Assembly: GCA_965223265.1 (NCBI GenBank)
Contig: OZ244999.1
Location: 2,880,001-2,944,000 of the forward strand
Direction: 5' to 3'
Source: Planctomycetota bacterium
GTDB taxonomy: Bacteria > Planctomycetota > UBA8108 > SXIK01
Length of the DNA stretch: 64,000 bases
Below the pieces are notes generated by a model. That model was not told the DNA's origin. It saw only the letters and a list, made by a program, of their open reading frames with translations, and did not search any database. Position numbers and translations under genes: made by a program. Below are positions 26,948 through 35,991 of the stretch, in pieces (position 1 is the stretch's first letter; each line of letters opens with the position of its first letter).

Positions 26948-27761
26948 GCATGTGATGGGGTCAACAGTCAGGCTTGCTGGCCCTGGGGCACGCTCGCTTC
27001 GCGGTCCGTCCACGGCGTTCTTCGTGCTGGCGTCTCTCTTTCTCGGCGGCTGCGCAGCGACCGAAGAAGAGCCGGAGTCGTTCAGCGAATTTCTCGAGCG
27101 CAACAGCAACCTTCTCACTGAGCTTGGCAGCTACCAAGTCGAGGTGAGCGCGAACGCGGTGCGCCGCGTCAAAGGCCTTGGTCGCGATCAGGGGCGCGCG
27201 CTCGTCCTGCATCTTCTGCGAGATCCGCAGCTCGAGAATTATCGCGTTGAAGTGGTTTTGGCACGCATCCTTGCCGAGTGGAAAGACCCGCGGGCCATTC
27301 CATATTTGCTCCAGTTCTTGCGCCATCCCGATCGCGGTGCAGCGAAGAATGCTTCGGAGGGGCTCGTCGTCTTCGGCGGCGAGACCGACGTGATCGAGGC
27401 GTTCGAGGAAATCCTTGAAGGCGACGTCGTCGGCGATCGCGAGCTGGTTGCGGACACGCTCGGCGCCATGAAGGGGCCGCGTGCGGTCGAGCTGGCAGTG
27501 CGCCACTATCCGCACGAGCCCGATCGCAACGTCCGCGGAGGCCTCTTCATGGCGGCTCAAAGTGCCAGCGAACCGCAGCGGCAGCGATTCCTCGTCGAAG
27601 TGTTGAACGACGACGATCTCAGCATGCGCGACATGGCGTGGCGGGCGCTCCAGCAGTACCGCTCATTGCCCAAAACTGACTATCGCCCGCAGGCGGACGC
27701 TCAGTCTCGCGCGGCCGCCGTCGCAGCTTTGCGCCGATGGGCAGGGGCGGAGGCGCAGTGA
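26948..27761 (+). CDS. HEAT-repeat lipoprotein
   Basis: Lipobox LFLGG-C; LARILAEWKDPRAIPYLLQFL, VADTLGAMKGPRAVE, LVEVLNDDDLSMRDMAWRAL; start approximate (ORF 26874-27761). Confidence 0.8.
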
Positions 27762-27799
27762 TTTTCGTTGCGGGCGCGGCGCGGGGACAGCGTCGGATG

Positions 27800-27995
27800 C
27801 AGAGACAGAAGTCAGAGACAGAAGCACGGTCAGATTCGGAATACCGATACAGAGTCAGATAGAACGCCAGGGTACGCCCACGCCCACGCCCACGCCCACG
27901 CAATCGCCAATCGCCTACGCCAACCCACACCCACGCAATCGCGAATCGCTCAAGCCAACCCACACCCACGCGAACGCAACTTTTGAACGCCCACG
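27800..27995. repeat. Strand-biased hexamer-periodic repeat tract
   Basis: (ACGCCC)x4 at about 27874-27897, GCCAACCCACACCCACGC twice, CAGAGACAGAAG twice. Confidence 0.75.
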
Positions 27996-28099
27996 GGTCC
28001 CTCGTCCCACAGCCCCAGCCGCTGAGACTTCCCCGTGCCGTGGATTTTGTGTTAGCTTCTAGAATTTGGAGCCGCTGCGTCCGGAGAAGGTGACGGAAG

Positions 28100-29224
28100 A
28101 TGAACGCGCTCGATTACAACTGCGATCTCGTGGCGTTCGACAGCGTCAGTCGACGCTCGAACCAGCCGGTGAGCGACTACGTGCAGGCGGCGCTCGAGCG
28201 ACTCGAGTTCGTCGTCGAACGCCTGGAGTACGAAGTCGCTGGCGAGCGGAAGGTCAGCTTGGTTGCCAAGAAAGGCAGCGGCGCCGGCGGCATGGCCTAC
28301 TTCGCGCACACCGACGTGGTGCCTGCCGATACATGGTTCAGCGACGAGCACGGTCCTTTTTCTCCGACGGTGAAGAACGGTAAACTCTACGGTCGCGGCA
28401 GCTGCGACATGAAAGGGTCGCTTGCCTGCATGCTCGCCGCCGTCGAAGACTTGGGCGTGACCGCGCTGCGGGCACCGGTCTACATCACATGTACTGCCGA
28501 CGAGGAGATCGGCTACGGCGGTGCGGCGCACGTGGCGCGTGAGTCGAAGCTCTATCGGGAGATGGTCGAAGGTGAGAGCCGCGGGATCATCGGCGAGCCG
28601 ACGCAGCTCGATGTCGTGTACGCCCACAAAGGGACCTTTGGCATCGTCGCCACGTCGCACGGACGCGCGGCACACTCGAGTACGCGCGAAGGGGTGAACG
28701 CCAATCTGGCGATGATTCCGTTCCTTGCCGAGATGAAACGTATCCATGACGAAACACTCACCGATCCCGCTTGGCTGAGCGACGAATTCGATCCGCCTCA
28801 CATCAGTTGGAACATCGGCATCAACGATCACACAGCGGCGGTCAACATCACGCCGCCGAAGAGCGTGTGCACGATTTACTTCAGAACGATGCCCGGCCAG
28901 GATGCCGAGATCTTGATCGGACGCGCGCGCGCCGCCGCCGAGGCGGCCGGCCTGGAGTTTGAGGTCCGCGCCAAGGGGACGCCGCTCTACGTCGATCCGC
29001 AGTCGCACTTTGTGTCGGAGCTGCTCGAGCTTGCCGGCGCGGAGCGTCCGAAGACCGTGTCGTACGGTACAGACGCGACCCAGTTCTCCGAGATGAAGCA
29101 TTTGGCGGTCTTCGGCCCTGGCGACATTGCCCAGGCGCACACCGATGACGAGTGGATCGATCTGCGCCAGCTGGAGCTTGGCACGGAAGCCTACACGCGA
29201 CTTGTCCGCGCTTGGTGCTGCTGA
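28100..29224 (+). CDS. argE: M20 family metallo-hydrolase, acetylornithine deacetylase-like
   Basis: AHTDVVP, KLYGRGSCDMKG, TADEEIG, IIGEPT, AHKG, GRAAHSS, GPGDIAQAHTDDEW. Confidence 0.8.
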   Translation: MNALDYNCDLVAFDSVSRRSNQPVSDYVQAALERLEFVVERLEYEVAGERKVSLVAKKGSGAGGMAYFAHTDVVPADTWFSDEHGPFSPTVKNGKLYGRGSCDMKGSLACMLAAVEDLGVTALRAPVYITCTADEEIGYGGAAHVARESKLYREMVEGESRGIIGEPTQLDVVYAHKGTFGIVATSHGRAAHSSTREGVNANLAMIPFLAEMKRIHDETLTDPAWLSDEFDPPHISWNIGINDHTAAVNITPPKSVCTIYFRTMPGQDAEILIGRARAAAEAAGLEFEVRAKGTPLYVDPQSHFVSELLELAGAERPKTVSYGTDATQFSEMKHLAVFGPGDIAQAHTDDEWIDLRQLELGTEAYTRLVRAWCC

Positions 29225-29549
29225 CGAGCAGCTCGCGGGCGATTGACGGCGTCTCCGGACCCCAGCGCGGCGCCGACTGTGCTTGATCTCGAGCCGTTTG
29301 GGGGCGGTCGTTACTCTTTGTCTCGCATGGTGTTAAGCTATTCGCTAGAGCGGAGAGCGGCGGTGCCAGCGGCGACGCTCGTTGGCCGGCGTGAATGATT
29401 CGACGCAGGTCTTGACAGAAGAAGCGGGTGTGATCACACTAAGATCTTTGTCAGGAACGACTTGCGGCGTAGGTTCGGGCGGCGTCGGGCCGCCGAGCGG
29501 GCGCCTCAGCCGAGAGGAGGTCACCAGGACGGTGGCATCGCGAAGCGAC

Positions 29550-32060
29550 ATGATCAGTCTCAGTCGAGGTGTGTTGTGTCTGCTGGTGGCCGGCTTGTTG
29601 GCCGTCGGCCCGCAAACCACGCGTGGCGATGTTGCAGCTGCCGCAGCTCTGCCAGCTGCCGTAGCTGCAAAGGTGACAACGGCGTACCACGACGTCCGCG
29701 TTGATCCCGAGCAGGTGGAGTTGATCGGCCCCGTGGCTCGCTACACGCTTCTTGTCAGCGGCGTCCGCGCCGGCGGCGCGCAACGCGACGATCTGACGAC
29801 GACGGCGCGCTTCGACTCGGAGACGCCGGGGGTCGTGGCCGTGGACGAGCGCGGCGTTTTGCGGCCGGTCGCCGATGGCGTCGGCACCGTCCGAGTTGAC
29901 GCCGGCGGCTTCAGCAAACGAGTGACCGTGACGGTCCAGCATGCGGACTCACGGCACGCCTTTAGCTTCGTCAGTGACGTCATGCCGATCCTGGGTAAGT
30001 TCGGCTGCAGCGGTGCGGGTTGTCACGGCAAGGCGGAAGGCCAGAACGGATTCAAGCTGTCGGTGTTCGACTCGGATCCGCGGGCGGATCATCAAGCGAT
30101 CACGTCGGACAGTCGTGGCCGGCGCGTCAACGTGGGCGCTCCCGAGCACAGCCTCATACTTCTCAAAGCTTCGGGGCGTGTGCCGCATGGCGGCGGCAGC
30201 CGCATTCTCGCTTCGACGGAGGAGTACGCGACGCTTCGCGAGTGGCTGCGGGCTGGGGCTCCGTATGGCGCCGACGTCGGGGCGGAGGTTGTGCGCGTGG
30301 AGGTCACTCCCAAGCAGCGGCTCTTGTCGATGGACGATCGGCAACAACTGCGTGTGGTGGCGCATTACTCCGACGATACATGGCGTGACATCACGAACGT
30401 CGCCCGTTACGAGTCGAACAATCCGGTGCTCGCTGAAGTCGCCGAAGACGGATTGGTCACGACGCGAGATCGACCCGGTAGTGCCGCTGTGCGCGCCAGC
30501 TATCTCAATCATTTTGATGTTATGTCGGTGCTGATTCCGCGTCCCGAAGTGATTGCGGACTACCCCGAGCTGCCGGCGCATCACTTCATCGACCGACTCG
30601 TCTACGCGAAGCTCCGGGCGCTGAACATCGTCCCTTCCGAGGTCTCGACGGGCGCTGAGTATCTTCGACGTGTCTACCTTGACGTCATTGGTACGCTCCC
30701 AAGCGCGGACGAGGTGCGCCGCTTCCTTGCCGACGAGCGTCCCGATCGGCGTGCGCGTATCGTCGACGAGTTGCTCACGCGTCCTGAGTATGCGGATTAC
30801 TGGGCGCTTCGCTGGTCCGACATCCTGCGCGTTGAACGCGGCAGCGGCGCGTTGGATCACCGCAGCGCCTACTCCTACTACCGGTGGATCCGTGACAGCT
30901 TCGCGGCGAACAAGCGTCTCGATCAGTTCGCCCGCGAGATCGTGACAGCGCGCGGCGCTCTAGTCGATTCGCCTCAAGGCTTTTTCTACAAGGTGGTGGG
31001 CGATCCTGGGGAGCGCGCGAGCCAACTTTCGCAGGCGTTTCTCGGTATCAATATCTCCTGTGCTCAGTGCCACCATCACCCCACAGACGTCTGGACGCAG
31101 TCGGACTACTACGGCATGCAGAGTTTCTTCACCGCAGTGAGCTTCAAAGGCACACCACGTGGCGAGGCTCTGCGCTCGGCGGGCAACCCACAGACAAAGC
31201 ATCCGCGCACAGGTGAGGTCGTATATCCGCACCCCTTGGGAACCAAGATGCCGCCAGCGCCTCCGTCTGCTGCGCCCCCGATTGAAGATCGCCGCGAGCG
31301 ACTAGCCGAATGGCTGATCGACCCGCACAACCCGTGGTTTGCGCGCAATATGGCTAATCGCATCTGGGCGCACTTCACGGGCCGAGGCCTTGTCCATCCT
31401 GTCGACGATGTCCGCGGATCGAACCCACCATCGAACGCCGCACTACTTGATGCGCTCGCGGCCCGACTCGTCGAGCTCGATTACGACATGCACGGGTTCA
31501 TTCGTGAGATTACCTCGTCACGTGTCTACCAGTCTTCTTCGGTTCCTAACGCGACGAATGCCTCGGACGAGCAGAACTACTCCCGTGCGATTCTCAAGCC
31601 CCTCGAAGCTGAAGTGCTGCTCGATGCCGTCTGCGCCGCTACAGGGGTCTCAGAGAAGTTTCCGGACGTGGCACCAGGCTACCGCGCCATACAGCTTTGG
31701 GACAGTGGCGTGGATCACTACTTCCTGAAGCTATTTGGCCGTCCGGTACGCAAGTCGGCGTGTCTTTGCGAGCGCATCAGTGAAGCCAATGTCGCGCAAG
31801 CTCTTCATCTGATGAACTCGCCGCAGATTCACGCCAAGCTCAAGCATCCCAGCGGCGCCGTGCGGCAGTTGGTGCGACGTCACGCCGACGACCAAGAGCT
31901 CGTGGAAGAGCTCTACTTGCGTTTCTTCGGTCGCTCGACCGACCCGGATGAGCTCGCGACCGCGCTTGCTTACATCGAACGAGTGGGAGATCGCATGCGC
32001 GCCGCGGAGGATCTCGCGTGGAGCATGCTTTGTTCGATTGAATTCATCTACCGCCATTGA
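29550..32060 (+). CDS. DUF1549/DUF1553 domain protein with Ig-like (Big_2) domains
   Basis: FSFVSDVMPIL, GCSGAGCHG, YLRRVYLDVIGTLP, CAQCHHHP, NPWFARNMANRIWAHFTGRGLVHPVDD, EDLAWSMLCSIEFIYRH. Confidence 0.92.
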   Translation: MISLSRGVLCLLVAGLLAVGPQTTRGDVAAAAALPAAVAAKVTTAYHDVRVDPEQVELIGPVARYTLLVSGVRAGGAQRDDLTTTARFDSETPGVVAVDERGVLRPVADGVGTVRVDAGGFSKRVTVTVQHADSRHAFSFVSDVMPILGKFGCSGAGCHGKAEGQNGFKLSVFDSDPRADHQAITSDSRGRRVNVGAPEHSLILLKASGRVPHGGGSRILASTEEYATLREWLRAGAPYGADVGAEVVRVEVTPKQRLLSMDDRQQLRVVAHYSDDTWRDITNVARYESNNPVLAEVAEDGLVTTRDRPGSAAVRASYLNHFDVMSVLIPRPEVIADYPELPAHHFIDRLVYAKLRALNIVPSEVSTGAEYLRRVYLDVIGTLPSADEVRRFLADERPDRRARIVDELLTRPEYADYWALRWSDILRVERGSGALDHRSAYSYYRWIRDSFAANKRLDQFAREIVTARGALVDSPQGFFYKVVGDPGERASQLSQAFLGINISCAQCHHHPTDVWTQSDYYGMQSFFTAVSFKGTPRGEALRSAGNPQTKHPRTGEVVYPHPLGTKMPPAPPSAAPPIEDRRERLAEWLIDPHNPWFARNMANRIWAHFTGRGLVHPVDDVRGSNPPSNAALLDALAARLVELDYDMHGFIREITSSRVYQSSSVPNATNASDEQNYSRAILKPLEAEVLLDAVCAATGVSEKFPDVAPGYRAIQLWDSGVDHYFLKLFGRPVRKSACLCERISEANVAQALHLMNSPQIHAKLKHPSGAVRQLVRRHADDQELVEELYLRFFGRSTDPDELATALAYIERVGDRMRAAEDLAWSMLCSIEFIYRH

Positions 32061-32139
32061 AAAAGCTCATGAAACTGACAATGATCACGACAGGAACGAT
32101 CTGGACGATCAGGGAGAATGCGATGAAGGAGGCGAAGCT

Positions 32140-33438
32140 GTGAACGCCCTACGCCCTTTCTGTGATGGAATGCGCCGGCGCGATTTCCTACGAGTTGGTT
32201 CTGCAAGTCTCTTCGGAATGAGCATGTCCCTGCCGGAGCTTCTGGCTGCCGAAGCGAAGGTCGCCGAGAATGGTGGCGCATCGAACGATGTGTCTGTCAT
32301 TTGGCTCTTTCTTTGGGGCGGGTTGAGCACGATCGATACGTTCGACATGAAGCCAGATGCGCCGCGGGAGATTCGCGGCGAGTTCCAGCCGATCGCTACG
32401 AACGTGCCAGGCTTGCAGGTTTGCGACCAACTTCCCAATTGCGCCAAGATTGCCGACAAGTATTCGCTGGTTCGGTCGTTCGCCCATGGCAATTCTTCCC
32501 ACGGGCCGGCAGACGAGTTGCTAATGACCGGCTACTTACAGAAGAAGCGCCCCGCCTTTGGGTCAGTCGTAGCTCACGAGTTCGGCGCGCAGGGTGAATT
32601 GCCTCCGTATGTGATGCTGCCGCGTATGCATCCGAGCGCCGGACCTGAGTTCCTGGGTTCGAATGCGGCACCGTTTTTGATCGACGCGGACCCGAGCATT
32701 CCAGGGTTTTCCGTTCCCGATCTGGCGCCACCGCTCGACGTTGACTCGAACCGCCTGGCGGATCGCCGTGGCCTGCTCGGTAAGGTGGATCGGTATCGAA
32801 AGCACATCGAAAAGCAAAGCGCCGCCGGCGCCTTCGGTGAGTTTCGCGATAAGGCGTTCGGTCTCATGACGTCGGATGCAGCGAAGCGTGCGTTCGACAT
32901 TCAGTCCGAGCCTGAAAAGATGCGGCAGCGCTACGGCATGCACACGATGGGGCAGTCGCTGCTTATGGCACGCCGGCTTGTCGCCTCGGGTGTCCGTTAC
33001 GTCATGGTCGCGCACAACAACTGGGACACTCACGAGAACAACTTCGGCGATCTCAAGCAGAACCTGCTGCCACATTTTGATGAGGCCTTTCCAACCCTGA
33101 TCAACGATCTCGATGACCGCGGCATGCTCGAAAAAACCCTCGTGATCGTAACAGGTGAGTTCGGGCGCACACCGCGGATCAATAACAACGCAGGGCGCGA
33201 CCATTGGGGCCCATGCTTCACGATCCTGTTCGCCGGCGGCGGTGTTCAGGGTGGTCGCGTGATCGGCGCTTCCGACAGCTGGGCAGCGAAACCGGCGACC
33301 GCGCCGTATGGCCCACACGATTTCGGCAAGACGATTTACCAGTTGCTCGGAATCGACAGCGAAAAGCTCGTGTACACCCCGGATGGTCGCCCAGTCAAGC
33401 TCCTCGACGAAGGGCGCGTCATGCAGGAACTCCTATGA
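32140..33438 (+). CDS. DUF1501 domain protein with Tat-like signal
   Basis: AAGGAGG RBS; CDGMRRRDFL; GGLSTIDTFDMKPDAP, WDTH, GEFGRTPRIN, GRDHW. Confidence 0.93.
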   Translation: MNALRPFCDGMRRRDFLRVGSASLFGMSMSLPELLAAEAKVAENGGASNDVSVIWLFLWGGLSTIDTFDMKPDAPREIRGEFQPIATNVPGLQVCDQLPNCAKIADKYSLVRSFAHGNSSHGPADELLMTGYLQKKRPAFGSVVAHEFGAQGELPPYVMLPRMHPSAGPEFLGSNAAPFLIDADPSIPGFSVPDLAPPLDVDSNRLADRRGLLGKVDRYRKHIEKQSAAGAFGEFRDKAFGLMTSDAAKRAFDIQSEPEKMRQRYGMHTMGQSLLMARRLVASGVRYVMVAHNNWDTHENNFGDLKQNLLPHFDEAFPTLINDLDDRGMLEKTLVIVTGEFGRTPRINNNAGRDHWGPCFTILFAGGGVQGGRVIGASDSWAAKPATAPYGPHDFGKTIYQLLGIDSEKLVYTPDGRPVKLLDEGRVMQELL

Positions 33439-35888
33439 CCATGAGTCTCACCTCAAATCCGCTGGACGACTGTCGCTTGCGGCGTCTCGTACGAGCAGTC
33501 GCGCTGCTTTCGTTTTTGTGCAGCTGGCCGCCGCTTTTCGGCCAACCCAACACATCGGTAGAGCCCATCGCCTCGTATCTCTTTCCCGCCGGTGGGCAGC
33601 GCGGTACCGAGGTTGACGTGCGCGTCGGGGGGATGTTCCTGCACGACGCCTGTCACGTCGTCGTCAGCGGCGACGGTGTCGACGTTGGAGCAACGTTGAA
33701 TGCCACCGAAACTCTCCTGATCGACAAGGTGACACCGCCGAAAACCTACTTTCCCCAGGAGACGAAGTTTCCGCGTGATTATGCCGCACACGTTAGTGTC
33801 GCTGCGGATGCGGACTTGGGAGCTAAGTACCTACGGTTGTGGACGTCGCAGGGAGCGACGACGCAGCTTGCGTTCATCGTCGGCGACTTTCCGGAAGTGG
33901 TTGAGGAAGAAGTCGCAGGCGATCCTTTGCCGGAGCACGTCACCCTGCCGGTGACGACGAACGGGCGTATCTATCCACGTGAGGATGTCGACATCTGGTC
34001 GTTTGAAGCCAAAAGCGGCGATACGATCACGTGCGAAGTGCGGGCCGCGCGACTCGGTTCATCCTTGGAGTCGTTTTTGGAGGTGCGGGGACCTGACGGT
34101 GGGCGCATCGCGGAGAACAGCGGCTACTACGGTTCCGATGCGATGGTTCGCTTCACGGCGCCGGTTGACGGCGTCTACGCAGTCCACGTCTCGGACATTC
34201 GTTTTGGCGGGCTGCAAAGCTCGGTGTATCGCTTGACCATGACCGCAGACGCTTACGTCGACGTGACATACCCGCTCGGCGGACGAGCTGGAAGACCCGT
34301 GCAGGTCGAGCTTGTTGGGTCGAGTCTCTCGAAGCAGGCGGTCGCGCTCCGCATGCCGCGAATGTCGACGAGCGCATTTCGAGTGGTCGTGCCGTCGAGT
34401 CGCGCGGCAGGCAGTCGAGTCGAACTCGATCTCGGCCGATTTCCCGAGAAGCTCGAAGTGGAGCCCAACGATGCTCCGTCGACGGCTATGGAAGTTTCGC
34501 TGCCGGTGACGGTGAACGGACGTATCGATACGCGTGACGATGTCGATCACTGGGCGGTCGTCGCCAACAAAGACGAGACGATCGAGTTCGGCTTCTTGGC
34601 GCGGAGCTCGGGCTCGCCGCTTGACCCGCTCCTGGTCGTTCTCGACCCTGAAGGCCGTGAGGTGACGCGGTCGGAGGCATCTGGGAGTTTCACGGCGCCG
34701 AAGCCCGGGCGGTATGAGCTACGCGTCGTCGACGTCTTCGGCGGACGTGGTGGACCGAGCTTCGCGTATCGCCTCGAGCTTAAGTCGCCAGGTGAGACTC
34801 AGGCTGATTACCAGCTGGCGCTGACTCGTCCGTCGGTGACCTTGACGCGCGGCAAACCCGCAGAGTTGACAGTGCGCGTGGTGCGCAGCGGCGGCTTTGA
34901 TGCGCCGATCGATGTGAACGTGGGGCCACTTCCTGCTGGTGTCAGCGTGGATCCAGTCACGATTGCACCTGGCAAGCCTGAGGCGAAGATCATCTTTAAG
35001 GCCGCTCCCAAGACGCGCATTCGTGCAACTCGATTGCAGGTGACCGGTGTGGCGACGGCGAACGGGTTCCGAATGCGGCGCACGGCGTCATTTCCAGTCG
35101 ACTATGACGGCGGTGCGCTCGACGACGTGCTTTTGGCTGTTGCGATGCCGACGCCGTTCAAGTTTGCCGGCAAGTACGAGATACCCTTCGCGCTGCGCGG
35201 GACATACCACTATCGTCACTACAAGCTCCATCGCGGCGGCTTTGAGGGGCCGATCTTCGTGCGGCTGTCCGACGTGCAGATTCGTCATCAACAGGGAAGC
35301 ACGGGCCGAACGATCACGATCCCCCCAGGGATCAATGAGTTCGACTACCCGTTCCGTTTGTCCCACTGGATTCAAGTCGGCAAGACAAGTCGCACGGTCG
35401 TGATGGCGTACGCCGACGTCGAGGACTTCGACGGCTCGCTCCATCGAGTCGCCTACACATCTGGAGGCACGGGCGACCAGATCATGGTGCAGCCGTCGGC
35501 CGAGCCGCTTGGGATTGCGGTTCAACCGAGTGCGATCGAGGCGGACAGTACGCAGCCAGTCCAGGTTCGCGTAAGGATCATCCGCGACTCCGACCTGCCA
35601 CTCCCGGCGCTCATCGAGGTCGTCCCGGCGCGTCATGTGCGAGGCATTGCGGCTGCTCCGGTGCTCGTGCCGGCGGATGCAGACGAGGCGGTGCTGTCGA
35701 TTCGATGCGCGCCGACAGCAGGCCCGTTCAACGCGCCGCTGGTGATTCGTGCGACGATCGACCTGCCGCGCGACATGGACGTCCGTGGGCGTCCTTTGCG
35801 GCGCGGCGATCCGGTGGTCGCGCGCACCGAGCTGGAGATTGTCTCGCCGCCAGAGGTGGCGACGAGTGTGTCGCGGGCGTCCGACTGA
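33435..35888 (+). CDS. PPC (pre-peptidase C-terminal) repeat exported protein
   Basis: YLFPAGGQRGTEV, LPVTTNGRI..EDVD, EVRAARLGS, EVEPND, LPVTVNGRID; ATGA overlap with the DUF1501 gene. Confidence 0.88.
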   Translation: MTMSLTSNPLDDCRLRRLVRAVALLSFLCSWPPLFGQPNTSVEPIASYLFPAGGQRGTEVDVRVGGMFLHDACHVVVSGDGVDVGATLNATETLLIDKVTPPKTYFPQETKFPRDYAAHVSVAADADLGAKYLRLWTSQGATTQLAFIVGDFPEVVEEEVAGDPLPEHVTLPVTTNGRIYPREDVDIWSFEAKSGDTITCEVRAARLGSSLESFLEVRGPDGGRIAENSGYYGSDAMVRFTAPVDGVYAVHVSDIRFGGLQSSVYRLTMTADAYVDVTYPLGGRAGRPVQVELVGSSLSKQAVALRMPRMSTSAFRVVVPSSRAAGSRVELDLGRFPEKLEVEPNDAPSTAMEVSLPVTVNGRIDTRDDVDHWAVVANKDETIEFGFLARSSGSPLDPLLVVLDPEGREVTRSEASGSFTAPKPGRYELRVVDVFGGRGGPSFAYRLELKSPGETQADYQLALTRPSVTLTRGKPAELTVRVVRSGGFDAPIDVNVGPLPAGVSVDPVTIAPGKPEAKIIFKAAPKTRIRATRLQVTGVATANGFRMRRTASFPVDYDGGALDDVLLAVAMPTPFKFAGKYEIPFALRGTYHYRHYKLHRGGFEGPIFVRLSDVQIRHQQGSTGRTITIPPGINEFDYPFRLSHWIQVGKTSRTVVMAYADVEDFDGSLHRVAYTSGGTGDQIMVQPSAEPLGIAVQPSAIEADSTQPVQVRVRIIRDSDLPLPALIEVVPARHVRGIAAAPVLVPADADEAVLSIRCAPTAGPFNAPLVIRATIDLPRDMDVRGRPLRRGDPVVARTELEIVSPPEVATSVSRASD

Positions 35889-35991
35889 ATCGTCCGCTCA
35901 GCGCGAAACCTGTAGCTCTTCCACCCGGGGGGAGCTGCGGGCGTTGACCGGAGGGAAGGCGAGATTCGAACTGTGCGGACGACTCGCCGGA

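Noticed and set aside
27800-27995. Repeat tract considered as a CRISPR array
   Set aside because: Units are 6-18 bp without regular unique spacers, and there are no cas genes despite the nearby CHAT protease.
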